A stretch of 64,000 nucleotides of DNA, taken from a virus (taxonomy: Duplodnaviria; Caudoviricetes). Where the stretch lies: the IMG/VR virus record IMGVR_UViG_3300050159_000048. The stretch is one strand, 5' to 3'. This document shows positions 55,680 through 64,000 of the stretch, one piece after another. Within the stretch, counting starts at the first letter, position 1. Every line of letters begins with the position of its first letter. The notes beneath the pieces were generated by a model. That model saw only the letters and a program-made list of their open reading frames with translations. It had not been told where the DNA came from and did not search any database. Both the position numbers and the translations under genes were made by a program.

Positions 55680-56564
55680 TTACGGTGCTTCGTAGTGCGA
55701 CAACCAGAGAGGTAACACATACGTTGCAGTTGCAACTACGGCTCCTGTCCCAGCGCTTCGAATTTGCACAGCAATCGTTACACTAGAAAAGATGTCAGAT
55801 AGGCCGCCTGGGGGCCATGTGGCTGCTATTCCCACCACTCGAGTCGTCCCCAGGTTGTACCACGTAGACGGTGACATGTTGCCAGCAATCCAGTTAAAGG
55901 TCCCAGATTGCGCAGAAACTGTATACATTACATCATATGCACCCGAGGTGGCTGAATCAACTGGATTCATGTTAATCCATTGTCCACTACTAACAGCTTC
56001 TGATATTCCCGTAGTAGATCCGTAGTATCCGTATGTGTAGTACCACACTAAATTACCATCACTCTGGAATTGTAGATACGTATAACCATCAGCATCGTTG
56101 GCTGTACCGTAGTTAAACGTACGGCTGGATAATGCCACAGAGATGTCGGTAGCGCCTTTGGTGTCATCAACGGTGTGGTTGTGCGACAGCATACCGTTCA
56201 CAAAACCACGAATGTAGTTGATGTCACCGTGATCGATCGGTTCGTCCGCATTAAATGCAATATTGGTAGCTGCATTCCACGCTGGGGACGGGCCGCTGGA
56301 AGTCTTCGTCACATCTTGACCTGTAGTACCGTAAGTAGTTACGTTACCAAATGTGTCAATACCCTGCCTATCCGCTACCGTGTGGTTGTGGCTAGCCATT
56401 GGGTTAATGATGTTTGGAATGAACGAATGCATATCACTAGCCAAAATTGGCTTGTTTGTTTGCATCGATGCCTTGAGGTTGGTAATAGTAGTTTGGATCC
56501 CGGATATTGTGTATCCGGGAGACAGGTTACTTACACCAGATGATGTTACGTTACGCTGTGCCAT
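55680..56564 (-). CDS. tail fibre/adhesin-like protein with two SHNH repeats
   Basis: two P-x17/18-SHNH repeats; beta-rich C-terminal domain. Confidence 0.7.
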   Translation of the reverse strand: MAQRNVTSSGVSNLSPGYTISGIQTTITNLKASMQTNKPILASDMHSFIPNIINPMASHNHTVADRQGIDTFGNVTTYGTTGQDVTKTSSGPSPAWNAATNIAFNADEPIDHGDINYIRGFVNGMLSHNHTVDDTKGATDISVALSSRTFNYGTANDADGYTYLQFQSDGNLVWYYTYGYYGSTTGISEAVSSGQWINMNPVDSATSGAYDVMYTVSAQSGTFNWIAGNMSPSTWYNLGTTRVVGIAATWPPGGLSDIFSSVTIAVQIRSAGTGAVVATATYVLPLWLSHYEAP

Positions 56565-56575
56565 AGGTTAACGCC

Positions 56576-58027
56576 TTATGAATACACAGCTGGGAACACT
56601 TGCCTCCAGCCGCCACCAGGTGGGTACGCGTTTGCAGGGCCACCAGTACCGGACGTAGCTGCCATGTAGATGCGGCCGTAAGCAATAGCAATGTCGCCAG
56701 CTTTGTATGTACCAGAACCGGAATAGATTACTGCAGTACCAGTACTACCAGCCACAGCTGCTGCAATTGCGCTGTTCATCTGACCGAGGTTAACAGCGTC
56801 ATTTGCAGTCGAGCCCGCCGTCACGTTACGAATTTGTGCACCAACCTGAAGCTGACCAGCAATTGTCAGATTACCGTTGGTGTCAATATACAGTGGACGG
56901 TTCGGTGTGTTAGACGTACGACCAGGGCCGCCTGAACCAATAAACATGCGGTTGCTGGAGTCGATACCCATCACCCAACCAATTTGGCCAGCGCGTGTCA
57001 TACCGTAGTAGCCGTAGTTATTGGTGTCAGCAGGCATGGTGACAGAATCAAAACCGTACGGATCATCAGCCACACCAGACGGATATGCGGAGATACCGCC
57101 GCGGGCGTGGAGTACGGAATTCGACAGAATTGTACCGGTTGTAGTGATCGTGCTCTGCACTGTCAGAGCACCTGTTAGCGTACCACCTGACAAAGGTAGG
57201 TAAGATCCGCTACCAGCACCAGATACTGCCGTGTCCACATATGTTTTGGTAGCCGCATCAGCACCTGCGACAGGAGCGCCGAGGTTTGAGATGCGGTTGG
57301 TATTCATGTCGATGATACCAGATGCCTGCGACGAACTAGCGCCTGTTGGGCCGAGAATCTCTTGCCATGCAGAACCAGTGTACACAGACAAGTTGCCTGT
57401 GGATTCGTTGTACCACAGCATACCCACCTGAGGTGCGCCCGGAGCCGTGCCAGTGGACACGAAAGTTGTCACTGGAGATGACCAACCCTCTGGCGACGCT
57501 TGATCAAAAACATGCACAACCATTCGGGGGATTACTGAAGCAGTTGGAGCAGCCGTTCCTGTGAAGTACGAACGCTTAATGAACGCTTCCGGCTCATACT
57601 TACCGAGACTGTAGTAACCCCACAGAGAAGTGCCGTCATACCAGTATTGACCAGTGACTGGAGAGGTCGGTTGTGTTGTAGCTACAACACCGCTACCGTT
57701 CAACAGCTTCCATTTGTTTGCAGCTGTTTCGGTAAGGTCATAGTAGTACCAGCCCTGCGAAGTGCCGGCGGTAGTGTTGTGGAAGTATAGCTTGCGTTCA
57801 CACCACATCTGTCCGCTGATTGCCACTGTTGGTGGGGAGGCAGATGCGAAGTTTTCTGTCAACCGGACGAAGTTCTCATTGACAGCTTCACCCCACTCAA
57901 CCGCACCGCGACCGAACAAACGTAGTGATGTTCCCTGAATGGAACTGTTAGGGCCGCTTTGACTTCCTGGTGGAATATCAAATGAGGTTGCTAGCGGATC
58001 TGAGTAATTGATTGTATAGACAGCCAT
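56576..58027 (-). CDS. tail fibre-like structural protein
   Basis: LTENFAS.SPP, GQYWYD, DAATKTYVD, YLPLSGGTLTG, DAVNLGQM; TATAAATA at 58061. Confidence 0.8.
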   Translation of the reverse strand: MAVYTINYSDPLATSFDIPPGSQSGPNSSIQGTSLRLFGRGAVEWGEAVNENFVRLTENFASASPPTVAISGQMWCERKLYFHNTTAGTSQGWYYYDLTETAANKWKLLNGSGVVATTQPTSPVTGQYWYDGTSLWGYYSLGKYEPEAFIKRSYFTGTAAPTASVIPRMVVHVFDQASPEGWSSPVTTFVSTGTAPGAPQVGMLWYNESTGNLSVYTGSAWQEILGPTGASSSQASGIIDMNTNRISNLGAPVAGADAATKTYVDTAVSGAGSGSYLPLSGGTLTGALTVQSTITTTGTILSNSVLHARGGISAYPSGVADDPYGFDSVTMPADTNNYGYYGMTRAGQIGWVMGIDSSNRMFIGSGGPGRTSNTPNRPLYIDTNGNLTIAGQLQVGAQIRNVTAGSTANDAVNLGQMNSAIAAAVAGSTGTAVIYSGSGTYKAGDIAIAYGRIYMAATSGTGGPANAYPPGGGWRQVFPAVYS

Positions 58028-58028
58028 G

Positions 58029-58077
58029 TTGGTTGCATCCTATAAAGGTACGAGATTACGTATTTATAGGTGCAACC
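58029..58077 (-). promoter_or_regulatory. T4-type late promoter TATAAATA in an SD-sequestering hairpin
   Basis: GGTTGCA-CCTATAAA ... TTTATAGG-A-TGCAACC; SD AGGA lies in the 3' arm. Confidence 0.75.
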
Positions 58078-58088
58078 ACTCGGTCTTG

Positions 58089-58811
58089 TTAGATTCCCAT
58101 CTCTGCGACCAGGGTCTTGATGATCGCAACTGCATCTGCGTGATCATCACGCTTATCCGCCCAGTAACTAGGACGAATTAGGTTTTCCATAATGATCTTT
58201 TGCTCAGGAGTTGTGCGTATGGTGAACAGTACACGAAACGTCCTGCTAAACATTAGCAGCCACGGTGACAGCTTACGAACACGAATCAAATGGATTGCAT
58301 CCTGTACTGGCATCCGATCAAACACTTCATCGATTGGAATCTCATGCTTCTCCGAGTAAGACATCAGCGTAGTAATGGACAACTTTGCCTGGTCCAGCGG
58401 AGACATCTTACGGTCAAGCCATTCGATGTAGATCGAATACACCTCGTCGTTCCGCCACATTGTCGGCGAAAATCCCTTCATCACCATTACCTTGATGAAT
58501 CGCTCAGGGACAGGTAGATCAACCGATTTGGAAAACTTGACAAACTCAATAAACGTCCGGAAGTACTTCGATGTTAGGAACGTCGCTGCTGGAGGAGGCA
58601 TGCGGTTCTGGGCCCGCATCCACAACTGGTAATAATGCCATGCAGTTTGACCCGACGGAGATTTCAACTCCGCCTCTCGCTTCATTTGCTTGCACTCGTG
58701 TTCCAGAAACCGTTTCTCAATCACGAACGTCTTCTTGCAATGTTTGCATGTGAAGCGTGCTTGAATTGATGTGGACGGACGGGAGGTCATTGTTGTAGGT
58801 GTGATTACCAC
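58089..58811 (-). CDS. hypothetical protein with C2H2 zinc finger
   Basis: CKHCKKTF....FLEHEC. Confidence 0.8.
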   Translation of the reverse strand: MVITPTTMTSRPSTSIQARFTCKHCKKTFVIEKRFLEHECKQMKREAELKSPSGQTAWHYYQLWMRAQNRMPPPAATFLTSKYFRTFIEFVKFSKSVDLPVPERFIKVMVMKGFSPTMWRNDEVYSIYIEWLDRKMSPLDQAKLSITTLMSYSEKHEIPIDEVFDRMPVQDAIHLIRVRKLSPWLLMFSRTFRVLFTIRTTPEQKIIMENLIRPSYWADKRDDHADAVAIIKTLVAEMGI

Positions 58812-58815
58812 GGGT

Positions 58816-59763
58816 TTAATCTGCTTTGTTTAGCCAAGAACTGTCGTGTGATACCTTAGTATCGTAGACGGAAAATTCAGTGATGACTTTACCGATATCC
58901 CACCTAGCCGTCAAGATCGTGACAATAGTGTCTAACCGAGCTTCAAATTGCTCCCGAGACCCGGTGTATTCGCGGTAGGTCAGCATTTGAGTAATGAAAC
59001 CACGCTCATCACGCTTGAATGCATTGCGTGACATATGCAAGGTTCTTTGTAGCCCCGTCAACTCCATCCAGTCACGGAGTAGCTGCAACTTACTCTCTTC
59101 CAACTCTACGGGAATGTGTGATTCAAAATAACAGTTGAGTGGCATTGGTTGATCAGCGATTGGTGCTGCCGGATGCCACGGCACAGTTTCAATCTTAACG
59201 CGTTCCACCTTGAACCCTTCAGTAACCAAACCATTCTCAATGTGCTTTGCGGCATAGTAGGCGGATGAATTTGTCCCGAAATGCTTGGATGAAGTCATCA
59301 CATCAGACAGTAGCTTTTGTCCGCTACTCAAGTTGAGAACAATAGGCTTCACCTTCAACTCGGCACAAATCTCCCGAAAATGAGTCAACCAACTCTGTTG
59401 TAGACCCGGAGGTGCCTTAACCGTCACGTGGATTTCATACGGCAACGGGTATTTGATGTCTTGCTCTTTGCGTTGCAGCATCGCCCACTTTTCTGCCTTG
59501 AGCGCGATCATGTCCTCAATTTCTTCATCTGAGAAATCAAGACTGTATGCAACAGATAACGCACACAAAGTTGTATCAACAGCTTCCTCAAGGATTCGCT
59601 CTCGCTCTACGAACCTATGATTCGTGGCAAATGCACCGTCAAATGGCAGGACTACCTTTGCCAATTCGCCAACCTCTTCAGCTGTCTTCAGAGCCTTCTG
59701 TGAAAGCGTCTTACTGTCTTGCTTGGATAGTTGGCGAATTGTGTCGATCAAGTGTTGGTTCAT
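58816..59763 (-). CDS. MazG-like NTP pyrophosphohydrolase fused to an unknown duplicated domain
   Basis: LKTAEEVGELAK...EEAVD; C-terminal YEIHVTV and YFESHI half-repeats. Confidence 0.75.
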   Translation of the reverse strand: MNQHLIDTIRQLSKQDSKTLSQKALKTAEEVGELAKVVLPFDGAFATNHRFVERERILEEAVDTTLCALSVAYSLDFSDEEIEDMIALKAEKWAMLQRKEQDIKYPLPYEIHVTVKAPPGLQQSWLTHFREICAELKVKPIVLNLSSGQKLLSDVMTSSKHFGTNSSAYYAAKHIENGLVTEGFKVERVKIETVPWHPAAPIADQPMPLNCYFESHIPVELEESKLQLLRDWMELTGLQRTLHMSRNAFKRDERGFITQMLTYREYTGSREQFEARLDTIVTILTARWDIGKVITEFSVYDTKVSHDSSWLNKAD

Positions 59764-60293
59764 TAGAACTCCAATGCGTCTGTTGCGTCTGTCTTCTTGC
59801 CGCGCTTTGGCTTAGCTGTGGGATCGTCGGAGGCCTTGAGCTCACGACGAATTTTGGCGATCTCTTCTTGCTGCCAACCCATCAGTTCAGCCATTTCGAT
59901 AATCTGCGTCCGCGTGAGAATGTTCATTGCATCAGCTGCGTGTGATGAGCTGTATCCGAAGTACTCTGCCACGCACCGAACGGCATTTGGCCGGCCGGTT
60001 TCACGCTTGTTTGGCGCTTTATTCCACAAGTATCGCTGCTTCTTGCCGGCACTTGCAACTGTGGTTAACTTCCACAGCAACTCGGGATGTTTGTATAGCG
60101 AAAAAGTATACGGATTCACAAACTCATTGAGAAAGTAAATCTGACCAGCATTCGATGCGCCAGACATCCAGCGCGTAACAATCAGCGGCTGAAAAGCCTT
60201 TTGCTCGTCAGCCGCTAGTTCGTTGTAAAACTTGGAATCTTTTACGTTTGCAGCGTTGAGCACACGAAAGATGTCTAGTTTAGGTTCAGCCAT
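59763..60293 (-). CDS. clamp loader small subunit (T4 gp62-like)
   Basis: adjacent to the clamp loader ATPase; FQPLIV.RWMS...YFLNE.VN; KQRY.W pattern. Confidence 0.6.
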   Translation of the reverse strand: MAEPKLDIFRVLNAANVKDSKFYNELAADEQKAFQPLIVTRWMSGASNAGQIYFLNEFVNPYTFSLYKHPELLWKLTTVASAGKKQRYLWNKAPNKRETGRPNAVRCVAEYFGYSSSHAADAMNILTRTQIIEMAELMGWQQEEIAKIRRELKASDDPTAKPKRGKKTDATDALEF

Positions 60294-60621
60294 TTTGCAG
60301 TAGTTTGAATTGACGTTCGCAGAACTTACACGTCACAAGCTCACCCTTCTGAGCAAGATGAGTGTACGGGTGAACGCACGTATGTACCATCTCTCGACGG
60401 AGGGCTGAGATGTCGTCGATGATTGGCTGCTTTTCAGCCATCAATGCGACGATCTGTTCCTCAATCGGTCGCAGCCTTGCGATTAGCGACACCATGTTGT
60501 CCAGCTTCCGCTCCCACGAAACCTTCTCACTTCGTGTAGCTTTGTCAGCAATCGCCTCAAGCTGGCGGCGTGCTGACGCTTGTTCCTGGGTTTCCCCATC
60601 AGGCTTTTTGCGTCGTGTCAT
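60286..60621 (-). CDS. coiled-coil plus zinc-ribbon protein
   Basis: CVHP...CKFC. Confidence 0.75.
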   Translation of the reverse strand: MTRRKKPDGETQEQASARRQLEAIADKATRSEKVSWERKLDNMVSLIARLRPIEEQIVALMAEKQPIIDDISALRREMVHTCVHPYTHLAQKGELVTCKFCERQFKLLQNG

Positions 60622-60968
60622 TATTGGTTTCCTTCCACCGACTGCATAATACGCAGCAGGTTAATTAGGTAGTGATAGGTGGCATAATCAGCAGCTTCTG
60701 CTTCAGCTTCTTGGCTGGCTTGGTACTCTTGCTCCTCATCACGAAGGTTAGCGAGCTCCTCGTTCACTCGAGTGATGAGTAATTCTTCTACCTCATTCAC
60801 TGCCTGTTCGTATCGCAGGCTTGTCACTTCTCGTTCTAAGTCGCTGAGACGGTGTTCGAGAGCGCGGATTCGGTCAGATTGAGATTTGGTGTCCGGTGAG
60901 AACCCCGCTCCGGATGCAGCAGTGGGGTTCAGAGTGTTGTTGTAGGTGTATTGACCAAACGATGCCAT
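60621..60968 (-). CDS. hypothetical coiled-coil protein
   Basis: AAGGAG SD. Confidence 0.75.
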   Translation of the reverse strand: MASFGQYTYNNTLNPTAASGAGFSPDTKSQSDRIRALEHRLSDLEREVTSLRYEQAVNEVEELLITRVNEELANLRDEEQEYQASQEAEAEAADYATYHYLINLLRIMQSVEGNQ

Positions 60969-60978
60969 ATTGTTCTCC

Positions 60979-61908
60979 TTATACTTGGCCGAGACGAATG
61001 AATAGTGCTGCAGCATTGATCTCAGGATCAGCTACAAACGTGTGTTTGTATAGGTGTTCGGCGATCAAAGTAATCGCCTCTTCCCACTTATCTTTCTTGT
61101 TGAACTTGGGTGACGATGCGATGTTCTCGTACAGGTACTTGAACAAAGCTTCCCACTCTTCAGTAGTAACGTTGGCGCAAGCCAACTTCCGAGCACCTTC
61201 CCAATCATCTGATGCAATCAGGTTGATTAGCTCCATCCGCCATTCACCAGACCCTGCTGCTTTTGCTTCAGTTAACGTGCCGTCAACCGCGTGTTGTTGC
61301 AGTAGGTTGATGATTTTACGGATATCTGGATATCCAGCGGTAATGTACGCATCGAGTGCCTCCATCTTGAAATGGATATGTTCGTCGCGCAGCATATAGA
61401 TCATTTGTTCCGTAACATCCAACCGGTCAGCAGCTCGAAAGGTGTATTCTTGACAACGAGATCGAATGGGAGGGATCAGCTTGTTGATGTGGTTCGTCGT
61501 CATGATGAACCGTACACTGTCGCTTACTTCCTCCATGAACGCTTTCAACGCGTCCTGGGCTTCTGGTGTAAGCCGCTCAGCTTCTTCCAAGTGCACGATC
61601 TTGAACCGGCCGAGAGCCATTGACGTAGCGAAGTTGTAAATCTTCTCGCGGAAAGTATCAATCCCGCGTTCGTGAGAGGCATTGATAGTGCAAATGTCGG
61701 CTGGATCGAGGTCCATTGCCGAAATTAGAATCTGTGCAAGTGTCGTCTTGCCGGTGCCTTGTACACCCGCTAAGATTAGTTGGGGGATGGACTTATCACG
61801 CACCATTCGCGTGAATGCTTGTCGGTGCGTTTCGTTTTGAAAGACGTATTGCTCGAGGGTGCGAGGACGGTATTTTTCAACCCACAAAACGTGCTTATCT
61901 AGTGACAT
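60979..61908 (-). CDS. clamp loader AAA+ subunit (T4 gp44/RFC small-subunit-like)
   Basis: WVEKYRP, GVQGTGKTT, NASHERGID, LEEAERLT..AQ.AL, IRSRC. Confidence 0.95.
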   Translation of the reverse strand: MSLDKHVLWVEKYRPRTLEQYVFQNETHRQAFTRMVRDKSIPQLILAGVQGTGKTTLAQILISAMDLDPADICTINASHERGIDTFREKIYNFATSMALGRFKIVHLEEAERLTPEAQDALKAFMEEVSDSVRFIMTTNHINKLIPPIRSRCQEYTFRAADRLDVTEQMIYMLRDEHIHFKMEALDAYITAGYPDIRKIINLLQQHAVDGTLTEAKAAGSGEWRMELINLIASDDWEGARKLACANVTTEEWEALFKYLYENIASSPKFNKKDKWEEAITLIAEHLYKHTFVADPEINAAALFIRLGQV

Positions 61909-61914
61909 ATGATT

Positions 61915-61960
61915 CTCCATGTTGTTCCGCTATTATACGGAAGGGTACATGGAGAATCAA
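61915..61960 (-). promoter_or_regulatory. sigma70-type promoter in an SD-sequestering hairpin
   Basis: TTGATT-17-TATAAT; TTCCG/CGGAA encloses the -10; CTCCATGT/ACATGGAG covers the SD. Confidence 0.75.
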
Positions 61961-61967
61961 CCGCGTC

Positions 61968-63224
61968 TTAAAGGTAAATGTCTACCCCGTGTTTGCGCAG
62001 CACCTCATAGATCGCGCTCTGTTCCCAACGTTCGTCGCGCGACAATTGATCACCGCCAGCTTCTTTTTGCTTGAGATACTTGTAGTGATCCATCAGCTCG
62101 CGCAGCTTGGCACTTCCTGCCGAGTCGTTTGTCACAGTTAAGTTAGTGAATGAGCGAGGCCGACGGGCTGGACCAACAGGAGTTGGAACAGGGGTTGGAT
62201 CAACAGCGTCGGAGACTGGCACAGATTCGGGTTCTGGTTCAACTTCAGTGATGTGAACGGGATCTTCAAACACAGGTTGAGGTGTTGTTTCTGGCTCTTC
62301 AACCGGTGCTAGGGTCAGTTCCGGTTCTGTCACAGACTCCGGCGCGAGTTCTGGCTCCGGAACAACGTCATCCTCGTATGAAACATGATCCGTCACCAAA
62401 CCACGCTCCATTTCCAATCCCTGCTTGACAGGCTTTGCTGGCTCCGGCTGTAGAGCCGGAGCTTGTTGTTGGGATTTACGCTCTTCTTCGCGCAGGCGTA
62501 GAACATTATTGACTGCCAGTGTCAGTGCGACAGCCATTGGATCGAAAGTGATAATGATCAAGAAGATTAGGTACTTCGTAGCATCATCAGATTCAAGACC
62601 AACCGCCTTCGCAATGTACGTAATTGGACCAATATGGGCTTCTGTTTGGATAATATCCTGCTTCAAAGCCAGTAATTGCTTGTCCAATTCAGCAACTCGC
62701 TGCGTGGCAGCCTCTTGTTCGGCCTTATACTGACGACCCAAACTTTCGCGGGCTCGAGTAGTTTCGCGTAGGGTCTTGGCAGCGTTCTTGTCAATTTCAC
62801 CCTTGGTGTTGTTGACGGAGGTTACAGCAGGGCCGCCTGCAAGAATGTCGTCAATTTGACGTTTACGCTCCATAGCTCGCGTCTTTTCATCAGTGAGCAG
62901 TGTAATTTGCTCATTCTTTTGCTTCAGCGGCAGGACGTCTTGCTGGTAACCAGCCGACATATAACCAAAGATACCAATTGATGTGGTAATCATCAATCCA
63001 CCAACACCCGCGAGCAAATACCAACGAAGTAGGCGGTTCGTAGTGTCCCAGTAACGGTATAGGTATGAGGCAGCCACCAATTTGCCGGCCTCAAGCGAGC
63101 CGCCCATGACAACTACCGACCAAAACACACCACTAAAGGTGTGGGCAAGACCGTAAACACTGAAAAAAGCTGCAGAGAATGCGATCGCTGACGTCGCAGC
63201 GATCAGTAGTGCCACAAAAAGCAT
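61968..63224 (-). CDS. membrane protein with coiled coil and Pro/Glu-rich linker (DUF4407-like)
   Basis: three N-terminal TM helices, coiled coil, FLIIITFDP TM, PE-rich tail. Confidence 0.75.
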   Translation of the reverse strand: MLFVALLIAATSAIAFSAAFFSVYGLAHTFSGVFWSVVVMGGSLEAGKLVAASYLYRYWDTTNRLLRWYLLAGVGGLMITTSIGIFGYMSAGYQQDVLPLKQKNEQITLLTDEKTRAMERKRQIDDILAGGPAVTSVNNTKGEIDKNAAKTLRETTRARESLGRQYKAEQEAATQRVAELDKQLLALKQDIIQTEAHIGPITYIAKAVGLESDDATKYLIFLIIITFDPMAVALTLAVNNVLRLREEERKSQQQAPALQPEPAKPVKQGLEMERGLVTDHVSYEDDVVPEPELAPESVTEPELTLAPVEEPETTPQPVFEDPVHITEVEPEPESVPVSDAVDPTPVPTPVGPARRPRSFTNLTVTNDSAGSAKLRELMDHYKYLKQKEAGGDQLSRDERWEQSAIYEVLRKHGVDIYL

Positions 63225-63225
63225 G

Positions 63226-63798
63226 TTATTCCTTCGGGACGTAGGCTAGAATGTTTTCTTCTTTGATGAAGGCCAAGTCAAACCCACCATGTTGGAACTT
63301 GTCAGAAAAGTTCGGCATCGCGTGGTAAATCGTTGACTTTTCCAGTTCCGTCATACACTTGGGGCCAAGGTGAGTCACAAGTCCGGTTTGGGTGTCTTCT
63401 TGGCCGCCTACGACCACAATACCAAATGATGACTTTGCTGCTGCAGCCTTGCGTTCTACGAAAATGACCCAGTCGGCAAGAGGATTGCAGCGGGAATCGT
63501 TGCTGTCGCGAACAGCAACGACCTCTTTCTCATCAGTCTTCCAGTACTTTTGGCCGTCCATGGAGAAATAGCTGGTCCACCGTAGATTGGGCAGCAGCGC
63601 CTGCATGCCTGGCTTCACTGTTTCACAACCAGGACCAACCGCAACCACGTTAACCCAACGTGGTTGCTTGGCACTATCATCCACTGACGCTTGCAAATAG
63701 ATGCCTGAATCGGTGCGGTCTTTTTCAAACTGACCTTGCGAATTTACGCGGTCAACAAACTGAAATATGATGTTATTCTTTATTGGTTTGATGTTCAT
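63226..63798 (-). CDS. groES: co-chaperonin with two tandem GroES domains
   Basis: IKPIKNNII...SGIYL...VVAVGPG...EKEVVA, then NPLADWVI...SFGIVV...VTHLGP...IKEENILA. Confidence 0.85.
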   Translation of the reverse strand: MNIKPIKNNIIFQFVDRVNSQGQFEKDRTDSGIYLQASVDDSAKQPRWVNVVAVGPGCETVKPGMQALLPNLRWTSYFSMDGQKYWKTDEKEVVAVRDSNDSRCNPLADWVIFVERKAAAAKSSFGIVVVGGQEDTQTGLVTHLGPKCMTELEKSTIYHAMPNFSDKFQHGGFDLAFIKEENILAYVPKE

Positions 63799-63800
63799 CG

Positions 63801-64000
63801 TTAGTCTTTCGAATCTTCTAACTCTTCGGGGGTTGCATTGGATACTGTGTCCGGAACGGGCACAATCTCAGTAGTTTCTGTAGCCATGCGCTTCAGACGA
63901 CGTTTGAACTTACGATCAACGAAGTCCTCACGTGCTTGAACGGTGGTTGGTTTTGGTGCTGACGCAATTTGTTGTTTGATAGTGATCAAATCAAAATCAA
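63801..64000 (-). CDS. hypothetical protein, 5' end outside window
   Basis: ORF runs to the window edge. Confidence 0.6.
   Translation of the reverse strand, partial: DFDLITIKQQIASAPKPTTVQAREDFVDRKFKRRLKRMATETTEIVPVPDTVSNATPEELEDSKD

Noticed and set aside
45396-58027. Diversity-generating retroelement acting on fibre genes
   Set aside because: No reverse transcriptase in the window and no TR/VR pair with adenine-specific mismatches seen by eye; a computational self-alignment was not possible.
1-64000. Genome-wide stop-codon reassignment as in some jumbo phages
   Set aside because: Standard code gives complete, tightly packed genes; only one isolated in-frame TGA (22840) was found.

Overview
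64 kb fragment of a large T4-like (jumbo) dsDNA phage, with a host probably among the Beta/Gammaproteobacteria (inferred from the SmpB sequence and the GC-rich early genes). 1-14.4 kb: GC-rich array of tiny early genes. Nearly every gene has its own sigma70-type promoter, and in most the -10 box sits in the loop of a sequence-variable hairpin. 14.4-42.4 kb: plus-strand accessory and host-takeover genes (SmpB, PTH2-like, HD hydrolase, NUDIX, ATP-grasp, T7 gp0.7-like kinase, macrodomain, GNAT, QueD-like, FolE2, Rap1a-like lipoprotein), two more tRNAs (three in the window in total) and two candidate structured ncRNA regions. 42.3-64 kb: mostly minus-strand late and replication genes (SOD, DnaE-like fragment, tail-fibre-like paralogues, clamp loader, tandem GroES). 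The most striking element is a translationally coupled operon embedded between tail-fibre genes. It encodes a 68-aa peptide ending in CNCNCNCNCSRGIL, an orphan protein, four radical SAM enzymes and a DUF3050 heme-oxygenase-like oxidase. The peptide's leader aligns without gaps to a His-x-His repeat of the adjacent fibre protein, suggesting a RiPP-like, enzymatically modified virion component. All family calls come from motif recognition by eye, not from database searches.
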